Source: Anaerolineae bacterium (lineage in GTDB: Bacteria; Chloroflexota; Anaerolineae; JBHIEC01). Taken from it: DNA of 39,691 bases. Within the stretch, counting starts at the first letter, position 1. The number at the start of each line of letters is the position of its first letter. The stretch is taken from the NCBI GenBank assembly GCA_046760425.1, contig JBHIEC010000002.1, forward strand, positions 1-39,691, read 5' to 3'. This document shows positions 1-9,262 of this stretch, piece by piece. Made by a program: the position numbers and the translations under genes. Below the pieces are notes generated by a model, which worked only from the letters and a program-made list of their open reading frames with translations, was not told the origin of the DNA and did not search any database.

Positions 1-555
1 GTGGGATTTGGGGGTAAGGCCCTTGACCACCAGCAGGGCATCGGCGGCGTCCAGCATGGCATAGAAGGCCCGCGAGACAGCATCCCGGTACAGGTCGTTC
101 TCCAGCAACAGCGTTGCGGAGCGGAGGCGGTCTCTAGCTGAGGCTAGATACTCCTGAGCGACCTCTTTCTTCCTGACTTCGTTGACCATGATCGGTTCCC
201 CCCAGACAACGATCCCCTCTTCAGCCACGTTTTGCATCAGCGGCATACCGAGAGCCTGATCTTCTTCGGCCTCCTGCTGAGAGTAGATCAGCGGTGTCAC
301 GAAAACCCCCGTTTGATCCAGGGCCTCCAACTGAGCTTCGACCACCGCATCCACCGTCGCCCTTGTCTTGTCCCGCAGAATGACCAGCAGATCAATGTCC
401 GAGTCCGGGTGGGCATCCTCCCGCGCTTTGGAACCGAAGAGGATCAGGCTCTGCACCTGCCCAGGCAGGGTGCGATGTAGCCGTTCCTGGAACTCGGCGA
501 TAGCCTGCCGCTCCCTCTCGGTCAATACCCTGTCCAGCGTCAATGTTTGAGTCAT
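1..555 (-). CDS. Fused nucleotidyltransferase (MNT-type) / HEPN domain protein; 3' end lies outside the window
   Basis: Absent from the ORF track because it runs off the left edge. Hand translation from ATG 555-553 gives MTQTLTLDRVLTERERQAIAEFQERLHRTLPGQVQSLILFGSKAREDAHPDSDIDLLVIL (GS...DxD Pol-beta NTase motif), then ...EVAQEYLASARDRLRSATLLLENDLYRDAVSRAFYAMLDAADALLVVKGLTPKSH (HEPN-type helices). The start is 1 nt after the stop of the upstream GT gene. Confidence 0.8.
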   Translation of the reverse strand, partial: MTQTLTLDRVLTERERQAIAEFQERLHRTLPGQVQSLILFGSKAREDAHPDSDIDLLVILRDKTRATVDAVVEAQLEALDQTGVFVTPLIYSQQEAEEDQALGMPLMQNVAEEGIVVWGEPIMVNEVRKKEVAQEYLASARDRLRSATLLLENDLYRDAVSRAFYAMLDAADALLVVKGLTPKSH

Positions 556-556
556 C

Positions 557-1669
557 CTAGCGACCTGCCAACAATTCCTCGTACAACCGCACCACTCGAT
601 CGATGTTCCCCTCCAGCGAATAGCGCTCCACAGCCCGCTGGCGGGCCTTGGTCCCCAGGGAGCGACGGAAGTCGGGGTGTTCGATGAGCAACTGCAGAGC
701 CAGGCGCAACTGGCTCCGCAACTCCCGGGGGTCGAGGAGGATGCCCACTCCGGCCAACGCCTCCCCGTCGGAGCCCACGTCGGTGGCTACCACGGCCAAG
801 CCGCAGGCCATAGCCTCCAGCATGGACAGGGACAGCCCCTCGATGTCGGAGGGGAGCACGAAGATATCGGCCGCCTGCAAGATGCGGATGCGCTCCGCCT
901 CGTCGCTGACATACCCCGTGAAGATGATCCGTGGATCCGCCCGATAGCGATCCTCCAGCCGCTCCCTCTCCAGCCCCTCTCCCATGACCACCACCTTGTG
1001 GCTGGGGGGCAACTCCAGATCCTGGAAGACCCGCAGCAGGGTCCCCACGTTTTTCTCCGGGTCAACGCGCCCGCAGAAGACGATGAGGAGTTCGGCGCCG
1101 ATCTCCTCCTTGTAAGTGGAAGCTCCCGGGCGGTACCTCTCCACGTCCACCCCATTGGGGATGACGTGGATGATCTCTTCAGGCACCCCGTAGCCCGCCA
1201 GGAGGGCCCGCTGCCCCTGGGAGAAGACGATCACGGCGTCGTACTTGGCCAGGGGAAGGGCATAGACGAGATAGAGCGCCCGCGACCCTCCGCCCCACAG
1301 GGTCAGCCGCCGATCGTAGGGGAAGTGGATGGTGGCCACGATGGGGATGCCCATCTCGTGGCACAGGTCCGGCAGGCTGAAGTCCAGCAAGGAGAAGGAG
1401 AGGGAAGCGTGCGCCACGTCAACCCCCTCCTGGCTTAGCGTGTCCTCGATGAGCCTGGCAGCCCCTGGCGAGGAGATGATGGCATGGCTGAGGATGTTGA
1501 AGGAACCAATGCGGATACTGTCAGGATCCTCCACATCCTCCTCGCTGCCGTGGTAAAAAAAGACCACCTCCCTGCCCCGGGCGCGCAGCCCCTCGGTGAT
1601 CTCCCGGGAGTAGGTGACCAACCCATCACCTCGCTCCCGTGATTTGTGACCGAACCAGGCGATTTTCAT
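557..1669 (-). CDS. Glycosyltransferase family 4 (GT-B fold, group 1)
   Basis: 370-aa ORF starting at ATG 1669. The C-terminal half has GRVDPEKN and EGLSLSMLEAMACGLAVVATDVGSDGE (E-x7-E type motif), typical of GT4 enzymes. Confidence 0.88.
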   Translation of the reverse strand: MKIAWFGHKSRERGDGLVTYSREITEGLRARGREVVFFYHGSEEDVEDPDSIRIGSFNILSHAIISSPGAARLIEDTLSQEGVDVAHASLSFSLLDFSLPDLCHEMGIPIVATIHFPYDRRLTLWGGGSRALYLVYALPLAKYDAVIVFSQGQRALLAGYGVPEEIIHVIPNGVDVERYRPGASTYKEEIGAELLIVFCGRVDPEKNVGTLLRVFQDLELPPSHKVVVMGEGLERERLEDRYRADPRIIFTGYVSDEAERIRILQAADIFVLPSDIEGLSLSMLEAMACGLAVVATDVGSDGEALAGVGILLDPRELRSQLRLALQLLIEHPDFRRSLGTKARQRAVERYSLEGNIDRVVRLYEELLAGR

Positions 1670-1721
1670 TGTCAGTTATCAGTGCTCAGAAATCAGTAGT
1701 CAGACACCGGGCTACAGTTGT

Positions 1722-2009
1722 CTACTCCAAGATGGCGTGGACCTTAAAGCAGCCCTCTTCCACGGCGGGGGCATTGGCCAGGATATCCTCTCGCGGGAAG
1801 GAGGGGCGCACCTCGTCGGGCCGCATCACGTTCCGTAAAGCGATGACCTGGGCCGTGGGCGGGATGGCCTCGGTGTCCAGTTGCTGGAGCATCTGGGCGT
1901 ACTCAAGGATGGCCGAGAGTTGCTGGCTGAACTTCTCCTTCTCCTCCTCTGTCAGGCCCAGCTTGGCCAACTCGGCGATATGTTCCACCTCTTCGCGGCT
2001 CAGCCGCAT
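1722..2009 (-). CDS. gatC: Asp-tRNA(Asn)/Glu-tRNA(Gln) amidotransferase subunit C
   Basis: ORF 1722..2027 trimmed to ATG 2009, which has GGAGGG 8 nt upstream. [46 protein letters not shown]... is the classic GatC pattern at about 95 aa. Confidence 0.9.
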   Translation of the reverse strand: MRLSREEVEHIAELAKLGLTEEEKEKFSQQLSAILEYAQMLQQLDTEAIPPTAQVIALRNVMRPDEVRPSFPREDILANAPAVEEGCFKVHAILE

Positions 2010-2046
2010 CGGTTTTCCCTCCAACATGGGTTACGAAGGCTTTACA

Positions 2047-2075
2047 ATTATAGCACTTTCCGACGAGGGGGGCAA
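2047..2075 (-). promoter_or_regulatory. Candidate sigma-70 promoter for gatC (TTGCCC-17-TATAAT)
   Basis: On the minus strand the -10 TATAAT is the complement of 2047-2052 and the -35 TTGCCC is the complement of 2070-2075, with a 17-nt spacer. It lies at the 3' end of the DUF429 gene, about 30 nt upstream of the gatC start. Confidence 0.4.
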
Positions 2076-2698
2076 GGGATGTGCAGCAGGCCCTCCCGGG
2101 GGTCGCCCAGGGCTTCTGTCTGGCCCTGAAGGTACAGCCAGCCCGTGTAGGCGGCCACGAGGGCATCCAGAAGGTCATGGGACAGGAGGTGCTGATTAGG
2201 AGGGGATATATGGGGAATAAGGCAGCTCAACTGGGCCTGAAGAATGCGGCGTCCCGCCACCGTCGTCTTGGGGGGCAGGCGACCGAAGAGGCGCACCTTG
2301 CTGGCGTAAGGATAGACCTCGATGAAGGCCAGGCCCTCTCGCGTCAGCGCGTCCTTGAGCCTGAGGGCTCGATAGACCATGCCCTTGATGATGGAGCGCT
2401 TGGTGGTGTAGTAGCAGCCCATGCCCAGGCGGGACAACTCCCGTTCGCAGGCCCGCCCCTGGCCCGCAGACAGAGGCCGGCAGGGGCACGTTTCCTCCAG
2501 GCAGCACAGACCCAGGGGCAGGCTCAGCGGGGCATCAACGGCCACCAGGGCCGGGCGGTGCTCCAGGGCGAAAGCGAGGATCTCATCGTCCTCTTTGTAC
2601 AGGCCCTGGGCCACGAAGCATCCCCCCTCGTCCAGGACGACGCCGGCCGTCGGCCTCTTCGGCGAGGTGGTGAGGTCAACACCGATGGCGTGGATCAT
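2048..2698 (-). CDS. DUF429-like protein (predicted RNase H-fold)
   Basis: ORF 2048..2773 trimmed to ATG 2698, because the upstream ATPase gene ends at 2712. MIHAIGVDLTTSPKRPTAGVVLDE...LVAVDAPLSLPLG... resembles DUF429 proteins. The family call is from memory. Confidence 0.7.
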   Translation of the reverse strand: MIHAIGVDLTTSPKRPTAGVVLDEGGCFVAQGLYKEDDEILAFALEHRPALVAVDAPLSLPLGLCCLEETCPCRPLSAGQGRACERELSRLGMGCYYTTKRSIIKGMVYRALRLKDALTREGLAFIEVYPYASKVRLFGRLPPKTTVAGRRILQAQLSCLIPHISPPNQHLLSHDLLDALVAAYTGWLYLQGQTEALGDPREGLLHIPCPPRRKVL

Positions 2699-2711
2699 CA
2701 CCCGTAAGCTT

Positions 2712-5486
2712 TCACAGACGAGGGGCCAGCGGCACCCTTTGTGCCTTAGGGTGAGAGGCCAGCCGCTTGCCAATCTCCACCACGATGAGGGCGCTGCTGG
2801 CGATGGCAGTTACTACCAGCCAATCGGCCAGGCCCAGAGTGGCGGTGCCGAAGATGGGTTGCAGGAAGGGCAGGTAGATCACGGCTGCCTGCAAGAGGAT
2901 GGATGAGAGCACCGCCAGGACCAGCCAAGGGTTGGCGAAGGGACCGACCTCGAAGATCGAGTACCTCTCCGAGCGGCAGTTAAAGGCGTTGAACATCTCG
3001 AACATGGTCATCATGGTGAAGGCCATCGTCTGGGCCTTGACCAGCCCCTCCCTCGGCAGTACCGAGGCGAAGACGGGGACGACCCCTGCAGTCATCAGGA
3101 TGGAGACAACGATGATGAGGAGCTTCACCGGCGTTGTAAAGACGCTCTCCTTTGGGTCGCGGGGCGGCCGAAACATGATGTCCGGCTCGGGCGGGTCAAC
3201 CCCCAGGGCGATGGCCGGGAGGCCGTCGGTTACCAGGTTCACCCACAGAATCTGGATGGCGGTCAGCGGAAGCGGGAGGCCCATCAGGCTCGCCACGAAC
3301 ATTATCAAAATCTCGCCCACGTTGCAGGAGAGCAAATACGAGAGGTACTTTTTAACATTGTCGTAGATGGCCCTCCCCTCCTCGATGGCCGCCACGATGG
3401 TGGCGAAGTTGTCGTCAGCGAGCACCATGTCCGAGGCCTCCTTGGTCACCTCGGTGCCGGTGATGCCCATGGCCACCCCCATATCGGCCCTTTTAAGGGC
3501 GGGGGCGTCGTTCACCCCATCGCCGGTCATGGCTACGATGTGCCCCCTCTTCTTGAGCGCCTCCACAATGCGCATCTTGTGCTCCGGCGAGACCCTGGCG
3601 TAGATGCCTACTTTTTCGACGATTCCCTCGAACTCCTCATCGTTCAGCCTGTCCAGCTTGACGCCGGTGAGGGTCAGGCCGCCCTCCTTCAGCATACCCA
3701 GTTCCTCGGCGATGGCCAGGGCGGTGAGCTTGTGGTCGCCGGTGACCATAGCCACCTCCACCCCCGCCCCCTCGCAGAGGCAAAGGGCGTCTCTCACCTC
3801 ATCCCTCGGCGGGTCTATCATGGCCATCAGGCCCAAAAAGAGGAGATCCTTCTCAACCACGTCCTCGCTGAAATCGCTCGCCTCTGGGGGAAGCTCCTTG
3901 TAGGCGATGCCCAGGACACGAAGAGCATCGGCGGCCATCCCCTCGTTGGCGCGGAGTATCTCCTCCCTGTCCGCCTCACCCAGCTCCACGATACGCCCAT
4001 CGCGGTAGATTCGGCTACACCTGGCGAGCACAATCTCTGGCGCCCCTTTGGTGCAGACGATCTTGGTCCCTTCGGGGGTGGCGTGGACGGTGCTCATCCG
4101 CTTCCGCTCGGAGGTGAATGGCACCTCGGCAATGCGGGGGTAGAGTCCGTCCAGTTCTCTCTTATCAAGGCCCACCTTGGCCGCTGCCACCACTAACGCT
4201 CCTTCCGTCGGGTCGCCGATGATGGACCAGGCTTCGCTTTTCCTCCCCAGGTGAGCATCATTGCAGAGAAGCGCCGTCTTGAGGAGCAAATTCAGGGATT
4301 TGTTACCCTCCAGGGGGTTCGTCCCACAGATGAACTCGCCTTTCGGCTCGAAGCCCACACCTGTGACCTCAATGGCCTCGCCATCGAGCCAGATGCGACG
4401 CACCGTCATCTCGTTTTTGGTGAGCGTACCTGTCTTGTCCGAACAGATAAAGGTGGTGCAGCCCAGCGTCTCCACGGCGGGAAGCCTTCTGACGATGGCG
4501 TTGCGCCTGGCCATCCTCTGCACACCGATGGCTAGAGCTCCAGTCACCACCGCCGGCAGGGCCTCGGGGACGGCGGCAACGGCCAGGCTCACTCCCCAGA
4601 GGAACATCTCCAGGAGGGCATGGCCCCTGAAAATTCCCAAAAGGGATACCACGGCCACCACCGCCAGCGATCCTATCCCCAGCCACTTGCCGACCTCAGC
4701 CATCCTCCTCTCGAGTGGTGTTTCCTCCTCCTCGACCATCTGAATCATCTGGGCAATCCTGCCGAACTCGGTCTCCATCCCCGTGGCCACGACCGCCGCC
4801 TTCCCCCGCCCGTAGGTGACGGTCGTCCCGGCGTAGAGCATGTTTTTCCTGTCGGCCAGGGCGGTCTCGGGAGGGAGAACCGCCACCTCCTTGTTCACAG
4901 GCACCGACTCCCCCGTGAGAGGAGCCTCATCCACCTTGAGGTTGAACTGTTCGATGAGCCTGGCGTCGGCGGGGACCCTGTCGCCGGGGTGGACGAGGAC
5001 GATGTCGCCAGGCACGAGCTCCCTGGCCGGGATGCGCCTTTCCCTCCCGCCTCGCAGGACCAGGGCCTCAGGGGCGGCCATCTTTTTGAGCGCCTCCAGC
5101 GCCCTCTCGGCCCGGTACTCCTGGAGGAAGCCAAGAAAGGCGGACATGACAACGATGGCCATAATGGCCGCGGCGTCGAAGACCTCGCCGATGAGGAGGG
5201 AGACGAAGGTGGCGGCCAAGAGGAGCAGGATGAGGAAATCCTTGAACTGCTCGAAGAAGATGCTCCAGGGGGATGGCCCCTCCTCCTTCCTCAGTTCGTT
5301 AGGGCCGAATTGCTCCAGCCGCTTCTGGGCCTCCTCCTCGCTCAGCCCATCCTCGCTGGAGTCCAGCCTTCCTATAACTTCTTCGATATCGAGGGAATGC
5401 CATAGGTTCATTAATTTTTCGGATAATCCGTGGGAATTCCTTTCTTTATCGGGCATAGGTGCTTCTCTTCTCCCGTCTTTCGGCAT
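2712..5486 (-). CDS. Cation-translocating P-type ATPase, type II (Ca2+/SERCA-PMCA-like)
   Basis: 924-aa ORF with [19 protein letters not shown] (M4), [27 protein letters not shown], and an N-terminal [18 protein letters not shown] segment. The start is ambiguous: ATG 5486 has no SD, while ATG 5456 has GGGAGAAGAG upstream. Confidence 0.95.
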   Translation of the reverse strand: MPKDGRREAPMPDKERNSHGLSEKLMNLWHSLDIEEVIGRLDSSEDGLSEEEAQKRLEQFGPNELRKEEGPSPWSIFFEQFKDFLILLLLAATFVSLLIGEVFDAAAIMAIVVMSAFLGFLQEYRAERALEALKKMAAPEALVLRGGRERRIPARELVPGDIVLVHPGDRVPADARLIEQFNLKVDEAPLTGESVPVNKEVAVLPPETALADRKNMLYAGTTVTYGRGKAAVVATGMETEFGRIAQMIQMVEEEETPLERRMAEVGKWLGIGSLAVVAVVSLLGIFRGHALLEMFLWGVSLAVAAVPEALPAVVTGALAIGVQRMARRNAIVRRLPAVETLGCTTFICSDKTGTLTKNEMTVRRIWLDGEAIEVTGVGFEPKGEFICGTNPLEGNKSLNLLLKTALLCNDAHLGRKSEAWSIIGDPTEGALVVAAAKVGLDKRELDGLYPRIAEVPFTSERKRMSTVHATPEGTKIVCTKGAPEIVLARCSRIYRDGRIVELGEADREEILRANEGMAADALRVLGIAYKELPPEASDFSEDVVEKDLLFLGLMAMIDPPRDEVRDALCLCEGAGVEVAMVTGDHKLTALAIAEELGMLKEGGLTLTGVKLDRLNDEEFEGIVEKVGIYARVSPEHKMRIVEALKKRGHIVAMTGDGVNDAPALKRADMGVAMGITGTEVTKEASDMVLADDNFATIVAAIEEGRAIYDNVKKYLSYLLSCNVGEILIMFVASLMGLPLPLTAIQILWVNLVTDGLPAIALGVDPPEPDIMFRPPRDPKESVFTTPVKLLIIVVSILMTAGVVPVFASVLPREGLVKAQTMAFTMMTMFEMFNAFNCRSERYSIFEVGPFANPWLVLAVLSSILLQAAVIYLPFLQPIFGTATLGLADWLVVTAIASSALIVVEIGKRLASHPKAQRVPLAPRL

Positions 5487-5508
5487 TTGCGCAAGCTTTG
5501 CTAGTCAT

Positions 5509-5537
5509 ATTTTATCACATCCCTCACCTCGAGGCAA
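5509..5537 (-). promoter_or_regulatory. Candidate promoter for the P-type ATPase gene (TTGCCT-17-TAAAAT)
   Basis: On the minus strand the -35 is the complement of 5532-5537 and the -10 is the complement of 5509-5514, with a 17-nt spacer. It sits immediately downstream of the atoE terminator hairpin. Confidence 0.35.
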
Positions 5538-5542
5538 CTGAA

Positions 5543-5570
5543 AGGGGCGAGGCTTGCAAGCCTCGCCCCT
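5543..5570 (-). terminator. Intrinsic terminator-like hairpin after the atoE-like gene
   Basis: AGGGGCGAGGC-TTGCAA-GCCTCGCCCCT is a perfect 11-bp GC-rich stem. On the minus-strand RNA it is followed by UUUCAGUU, a short U tract. Confidence 0.55.
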
Positions 5571-5636
5571 TGTGCCCCTTTCAACCCTCTCCGGGCCGGG
5601 GAAGGTTGAACTGGCCGATGGAGGCGACTTTAGGGA

Positions 5637-7022
5637 CTACAGGGCCAGCGGCACCAGGAGACACGCTATTGACATGTAGATGAGATAGGGTATCCACACC
5701 GCTACGCAGTAGCCCATCATCTCCCTGAACCTGATGCCGGTTATCTCGCACAGCGCTATGGCCCAGAAGGGCTGTATGACGTCGGTCGCCATGTCGCCCC
5801 ACGCGTAGGTAAGGGTGACCGTGGCGGGACTCACACCCAGCGCTCCCCCGGCGGGGATGATGATGGGGGAGAGGATGATCCACTCCGACCCGCCCGAAGG
5901 GACGAAGTAGTTCAGGATACCTGCCACCCAGTACATGAAGAGCGGATAGGTCCTGGCGGTGGCGGTGGCCACGAAGGCACTCGTTATCGTTTCAGCTAGC
6001 GCCGTGTATTTGAGCATCCCGAAGATGCCGGCGTAGAGCGGGAACTGGATGATGATCCCCCACAGCTTGTTGCAACCCGATAACGCGGCGTCCACAAACC
6101 GCATCGGGTACCAGTGGAGGACGAGCCCCGCGAACAGAAACATGAAGTTCACCGAGTTAAGGCCCAGGCCGGCGAACCCCTTCTCGCGGTACCACCACAC
6201 CAGGTATATGAGGCCCGCTATGCCGAAGATCACGCCCCATCCAGGCCACCAGTTCAGTTTGTCTGAGAAGGTCATCTCCTCCTCGGGAGGCTTCTCAGGC
6301 GGGATCCACCTCTCGACCGCCTTGAGCCTTTCGGGGGGAAGAGAAAGGGTCTTCTCGGCCGGCGGGTGCATGATGGCCATAAAGACGGCCGTGAAGAGAA
6401 TAGTGAACACGGTGATCCCCAGGTTGAAGGGGGTGAACAGCGTCCTGCTGGTAGGTATCACCGCCTCGAGGACCCCTTGCTTGAGGAGGAAGGACTCCGG
6501 GTCCGTAACCATGAGGGGCGCTGAGGCCGAGAGCCCCATGTGCCAGACGGTTCCAAGCCCCAGGTAAGCGGCGGCCAGGAGCAACCTGAAGTCCACCTTG
6601 GGCTGAAGCCTGACGAGGTATATCATGAAGATGGCGGCACCGACGATGCTCAGGCCCCAGTTGATGTAAGCCAGGACGTTGGTTACGATCCCCATGAGCA
6701 GGATGGTCTGCCATGGCTTGTCGGGGTTGGGCAGCTTAGACAGCCATGCGAGGAACCTCTCGATCGGCGGAGAAACGGCCACGATGTAGCCGGTCAAGAG
6801 TATCAGACACATCTGCATAGAGAATCTCAGGAGGACCCAGAAGCCGTCGCCCCATGCCTTGATCACCGTGACCGGGTTATAGCCCACATCCCCCCATATC
6901 AGCGCCAGGACGAAGGCTATCAAGTTCAGTATCAGGGCCACGATGAGGGAATGGGGCACCCACCTTATCGTCCACCGGCTCAGCCTGTCCCCAAAGTCTT
7001 TCAAGGCGTCAAGGATTCCCAT
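5637..7022 (-). CDS. atoE: Short-chain fatty acid transporter (AtoE family)
   Basis: 461-aa polytopic membrane ORF with a GGAGGTG RBS. WGDGFW, FPLYAGI, VPSGGSEW and QPFWA segments match my recollection of E. coli AtoE. It lies downstream of the CoA-transferase A/B genes. Confidence 0.8.
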   Translation of the reverse strand: MGILDALKDFGDRLSRWTIRWVPHSLIVALILNLIAFVLALIWGDVGYNPVTVIKAWGDGFWVLLRFSMQMCLILLTGYIVAVSPPIERFLAWLSKLPNPDKPWQTILLMGIVTNVLAYINWGLSIVGAAIFMIYLVRLQPKVDFRLLLAAAYLGLGTVWHMGLSASAPLMVTDPESFLLKQGVLEAVIPTSRTLFTPFNLGITVFTILFTAVFMAIMHPPAEKTLSLPPERLKAVERWIPPEKPPEEEMTFSDKLNWWPGWGVIFGIAGLIYLVWWYREKGFAGLGLNSVNFMFLFAGLVLHWYPMRFVDAALSGCNKLWGIIIQFPLYAGIFGMLKYTALAETITSAFVATATARTYPLFMYWVAGILNYFVPSGGSEWIILSPIIIPAGGALGVSPATVTLTYAWGDMATDVIQPFWAIALCEITGIRFREMMGYCVAVWIPYLIYMSIACLLVPLAL

Positions 7023-7152
7023 CTTGCACCTCCTTGCATCGGGACCTTGGCAGTCCAGCGAGTGGCCAATGAACGGCGGATTACGTTATGTATCACCCCC
7101 TTTCCGCAGTGCGTAGCAGGGGAGCACAACTCCCGGCCATCAAGTTGGAGGA

Positions 7153-7947
7153 TCAGCCCCCGGCGCTACGGCCGATGATGGCCCGGCTGGGGTCAATCAC
7201 CTCCCGGAGAAGGCGCAGTTCCTCATCCGTAGGCGGTTCCAGCTCGACCACCTGGTCGGCGATCTCCGGCTTGAAGCCCATCTCGCTGATCACCTCATCC
7301 ACCGTCAGGCCCTTCAGCACGCCCAGGAGCTGCATCCGCCGATTGGGCGCGTAGCCAAAGAGCGCTTTGGAGGTGACCACGCGGTAGGGTCCGGTACCTT
7401 TGGGCAGCCCTGCCCGCTCCCGAGCCCCCTCCGTCCCATCCAGGTAGCCCGGAGAGGTCATGAAGTCCAGCTTCTCCACGAAGCGCCGCTTCTCGTGCAT
7501 TATGATGACGATGGTGCGCCAGCAGTACGATGCCACTTCGTTGCCGCCCCCACTGCCGGGGAAGCGACGCTGGGGACGATAGTAGTCTGTGCCCACGATG
7601 GTGGAGTTAACGTTGCCATATTGATCAATCTGAGTGGCGCCCAGGACACCCAGGTCCAGGTAGCCGGCCCCTGCCTGGGCGAAGATGGTATTCATGTTAG
7701 TCCACGCCAGAGAGCGGAAGCAGTTGGTAGGTCCCCCCATGGTGAACCGCACGAAGGGCGTGGCCGGCAGCGGTCCGATGGCGCCGAACTCGTAGATCTG
7801 CACCAGTTGCGGCGCGTGATACATCTGGGCCAGAATGGCCGCAATCTGCGGCATCCCGTAGCCGATGAAGGCCGTCTGTCCGTTCTCCATCAGCCGGGCG
7901 CACTGCGCAATCATGAACTCCGCCTCGGTGAAGTCACGCTCAGCCAT
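7153..7947 (-). CDS. Family I CoA-transferase, subunit B
   Basis: ORF 7153..7950 starts at GTG. The ATG at 7947 has GGAGGG 6 nt upstream. The layout resembles AtoA/GctB, with a candidate catalytic Glu in QIYEFGAIG. Confidence 0.85.
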   Translation of the reverse strand: MAERDFTEAEFMIAQCARLMENGQTAFIGYGMPQIAAILAQMYHAPQLVQIYEFGAIGPLPATPFVRFTMGGPTNCFRSLAWTNMNTIFAQAGAGYLDLGVLGATQIDQYGNVNSTIVGTDYYRPQRRFPGSGGGNEVASYCWRTIVIIMHEKRRFVEKLDFMTSPGYLDGTEGARERAGLPKGTGPYRVVTSKALFGYAPNRRMQLLGVLKGLTVDEVISEMGFKPEIADQVVELEPPTDEELRLLREVIDPSRAIIGRSAGG

Positions 7948-7968
7948 CACTCACCCTCCTCTCTCTCC

Positions 7969-8940
7969 CTATCTGTACCCCTCCTTGATCGTCGCCCGTC
8001 GCTTGAGCTCCATCAGCCGGTCGAAGCCGATGCGCTTCTCCAGCATCTCGTTGTGCGACTTGACGCTGTAGATGTACGTGTCCATGTACTCCGCCAGCCG
8101 CTCTGGGTCCCCCGTGGTGGCCAGGAAGGACATGAAGTGCTCGATGTCTAGCTCGTACACGCCCGGGAGCCCACCCGGGTAGCACCCGAAGGGTGCGTAG
8201 ACCACCGCATCCACCAGGTAGTAAGGGATGGTGGTCTTGCTCGGATCGCGGCGGATGTCCTCGTGCTCGATGATCTCATCGGTAGAGATGATCACCCGCT
8301 TGGAGGCCTCGGCGGTCTCCAGGGGCGACACTCCCGGCCCGAAGCAGCGCGCATTGCCGTACACGTCCGCCTGGTGCACGTGGATCAGGGCCACGTCCGG
8401 ATTGACCGCCGGCACCAGCGCGATGGGCCGCCCGGTGAAAGGGTCCTCCACCACCTTGGCCCCCGAGTACTTCAGGGTGTCGGTGCCCAGCAGGGCCCGG
8501 GTGGGAAGGAAGGGGACCCCCATGGCGCCAGCCAGGTGGCGCAGGGTCAGGGTGCCGTTGGTCCACTCCGTCACCTTGACCCGCCCCTCCTCCACCGCCT
8601 GGTTCAGCGCCCGACCCAGGCCCAGGAACCCCACGTCAATGTGGTCCACGGCCCCAGCCGCCACCAGAAGCGTGGACTCGATGAGGGTGAACTTGGCGCA
8701 GTACCACAGGTGCTTGCGACCCTGGCGGATGATCTCACGGATGAGGCACAGGGGACCACGGGTGAAGGAGGAGAAGTCGAAGCTGACGTAGTCGCCGTCC
8801 TTGACGAACTTGGCGACGGCTTCCTGCTCTGTCATGAGCTTGTCCACGAAGTCGCGTGTCTTCTCCCGCCGCACCCAGTTGCGATACTCGTCCGGATCGG
8901 TGAACCGGTACTCGCCGACGCCGCTGAACAAGACATTCAT
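7969..8940 (-). CDS. Family I CoA-transferase, subunit A (glutaconate/3-oxoacid CoA-transferase-like)
   Basis: 323-aa ORF starting at ATG 8940 with a GGAGG RBS. It is followed 18 nt later by the subunit B gene, the usual A-B arrangement. Confidence 0.85.
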   Translation of the reverse strand: MNVLFSGVGEYRFTDPDEYRNWVRREKTRDFVDKLMTEQEAVAKFVKDGDYVSFDFSSFTRGPLCLIREIIRQGRKHLWYCAKFTLIESTLLVAAGAVDHIDVGFLGLGRALNQAVEEGRVKVTEWTNGTLTLRHLAGAMGVPFLPTRALLGTDTLKYSGAKVVEDPFTGRPIALVPAVNPDVALIHVHQADVYGNARCFGPGVSPLETAEASKRVIISTDEIIEHEDIRRDPSKTTIPYYLVDAVVYAPFGCYPGGLPGVYELDIEHFMSFLATTGDPERLAEYMDTYIYSVKSHNEMLEKRIGFDRLMELKRRATIKEGYR

Positions 8941-9133
8941 GCTGGCCTACCTCCTCGTTTCGCCTGAGGGGAATCATGATCGGGAATGGGGCAAGCTGGA
9001 GGGCGGTGAGCGTGGAAAAGTCCGCCCAATGAGGAACCTCGGCGCCAGGATATGCATCGTGACACGGGGGGTTAACCTATTCATCGTCCGAGGTGCAAGT
9101 GTTGCCAAGCTGCTCGCCAATCGCCTTGTGATT

Positions 9134-9162
9134 ATTATAGTACCTTTCGCCGGCAATGTCAA
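9134..9162 (-). promoter_or_regulatory. Perfect consensus sigma-70 promoter (TTGACA-17-TATAAT) for the CoA-transferase/atoE operon
   Basis: On the minus strand TTGACA is the complement of 9157-9162 and TATAAT is the complement of 9134-9139, with a 17-nt spacer. The predicted leader to ATG 8940 is about 185 nt. Confidence 0.6.
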
Positions 9163-9262
9163 GAGTTCACCCACACCTCGGCCGCCCGCCGGGCCGGCTC
9201 CCATGGGCACCCCGCTGCGTGACCTCTTATCACGAGTGCCTGGGGAATGCCAGCGGTCGAGG

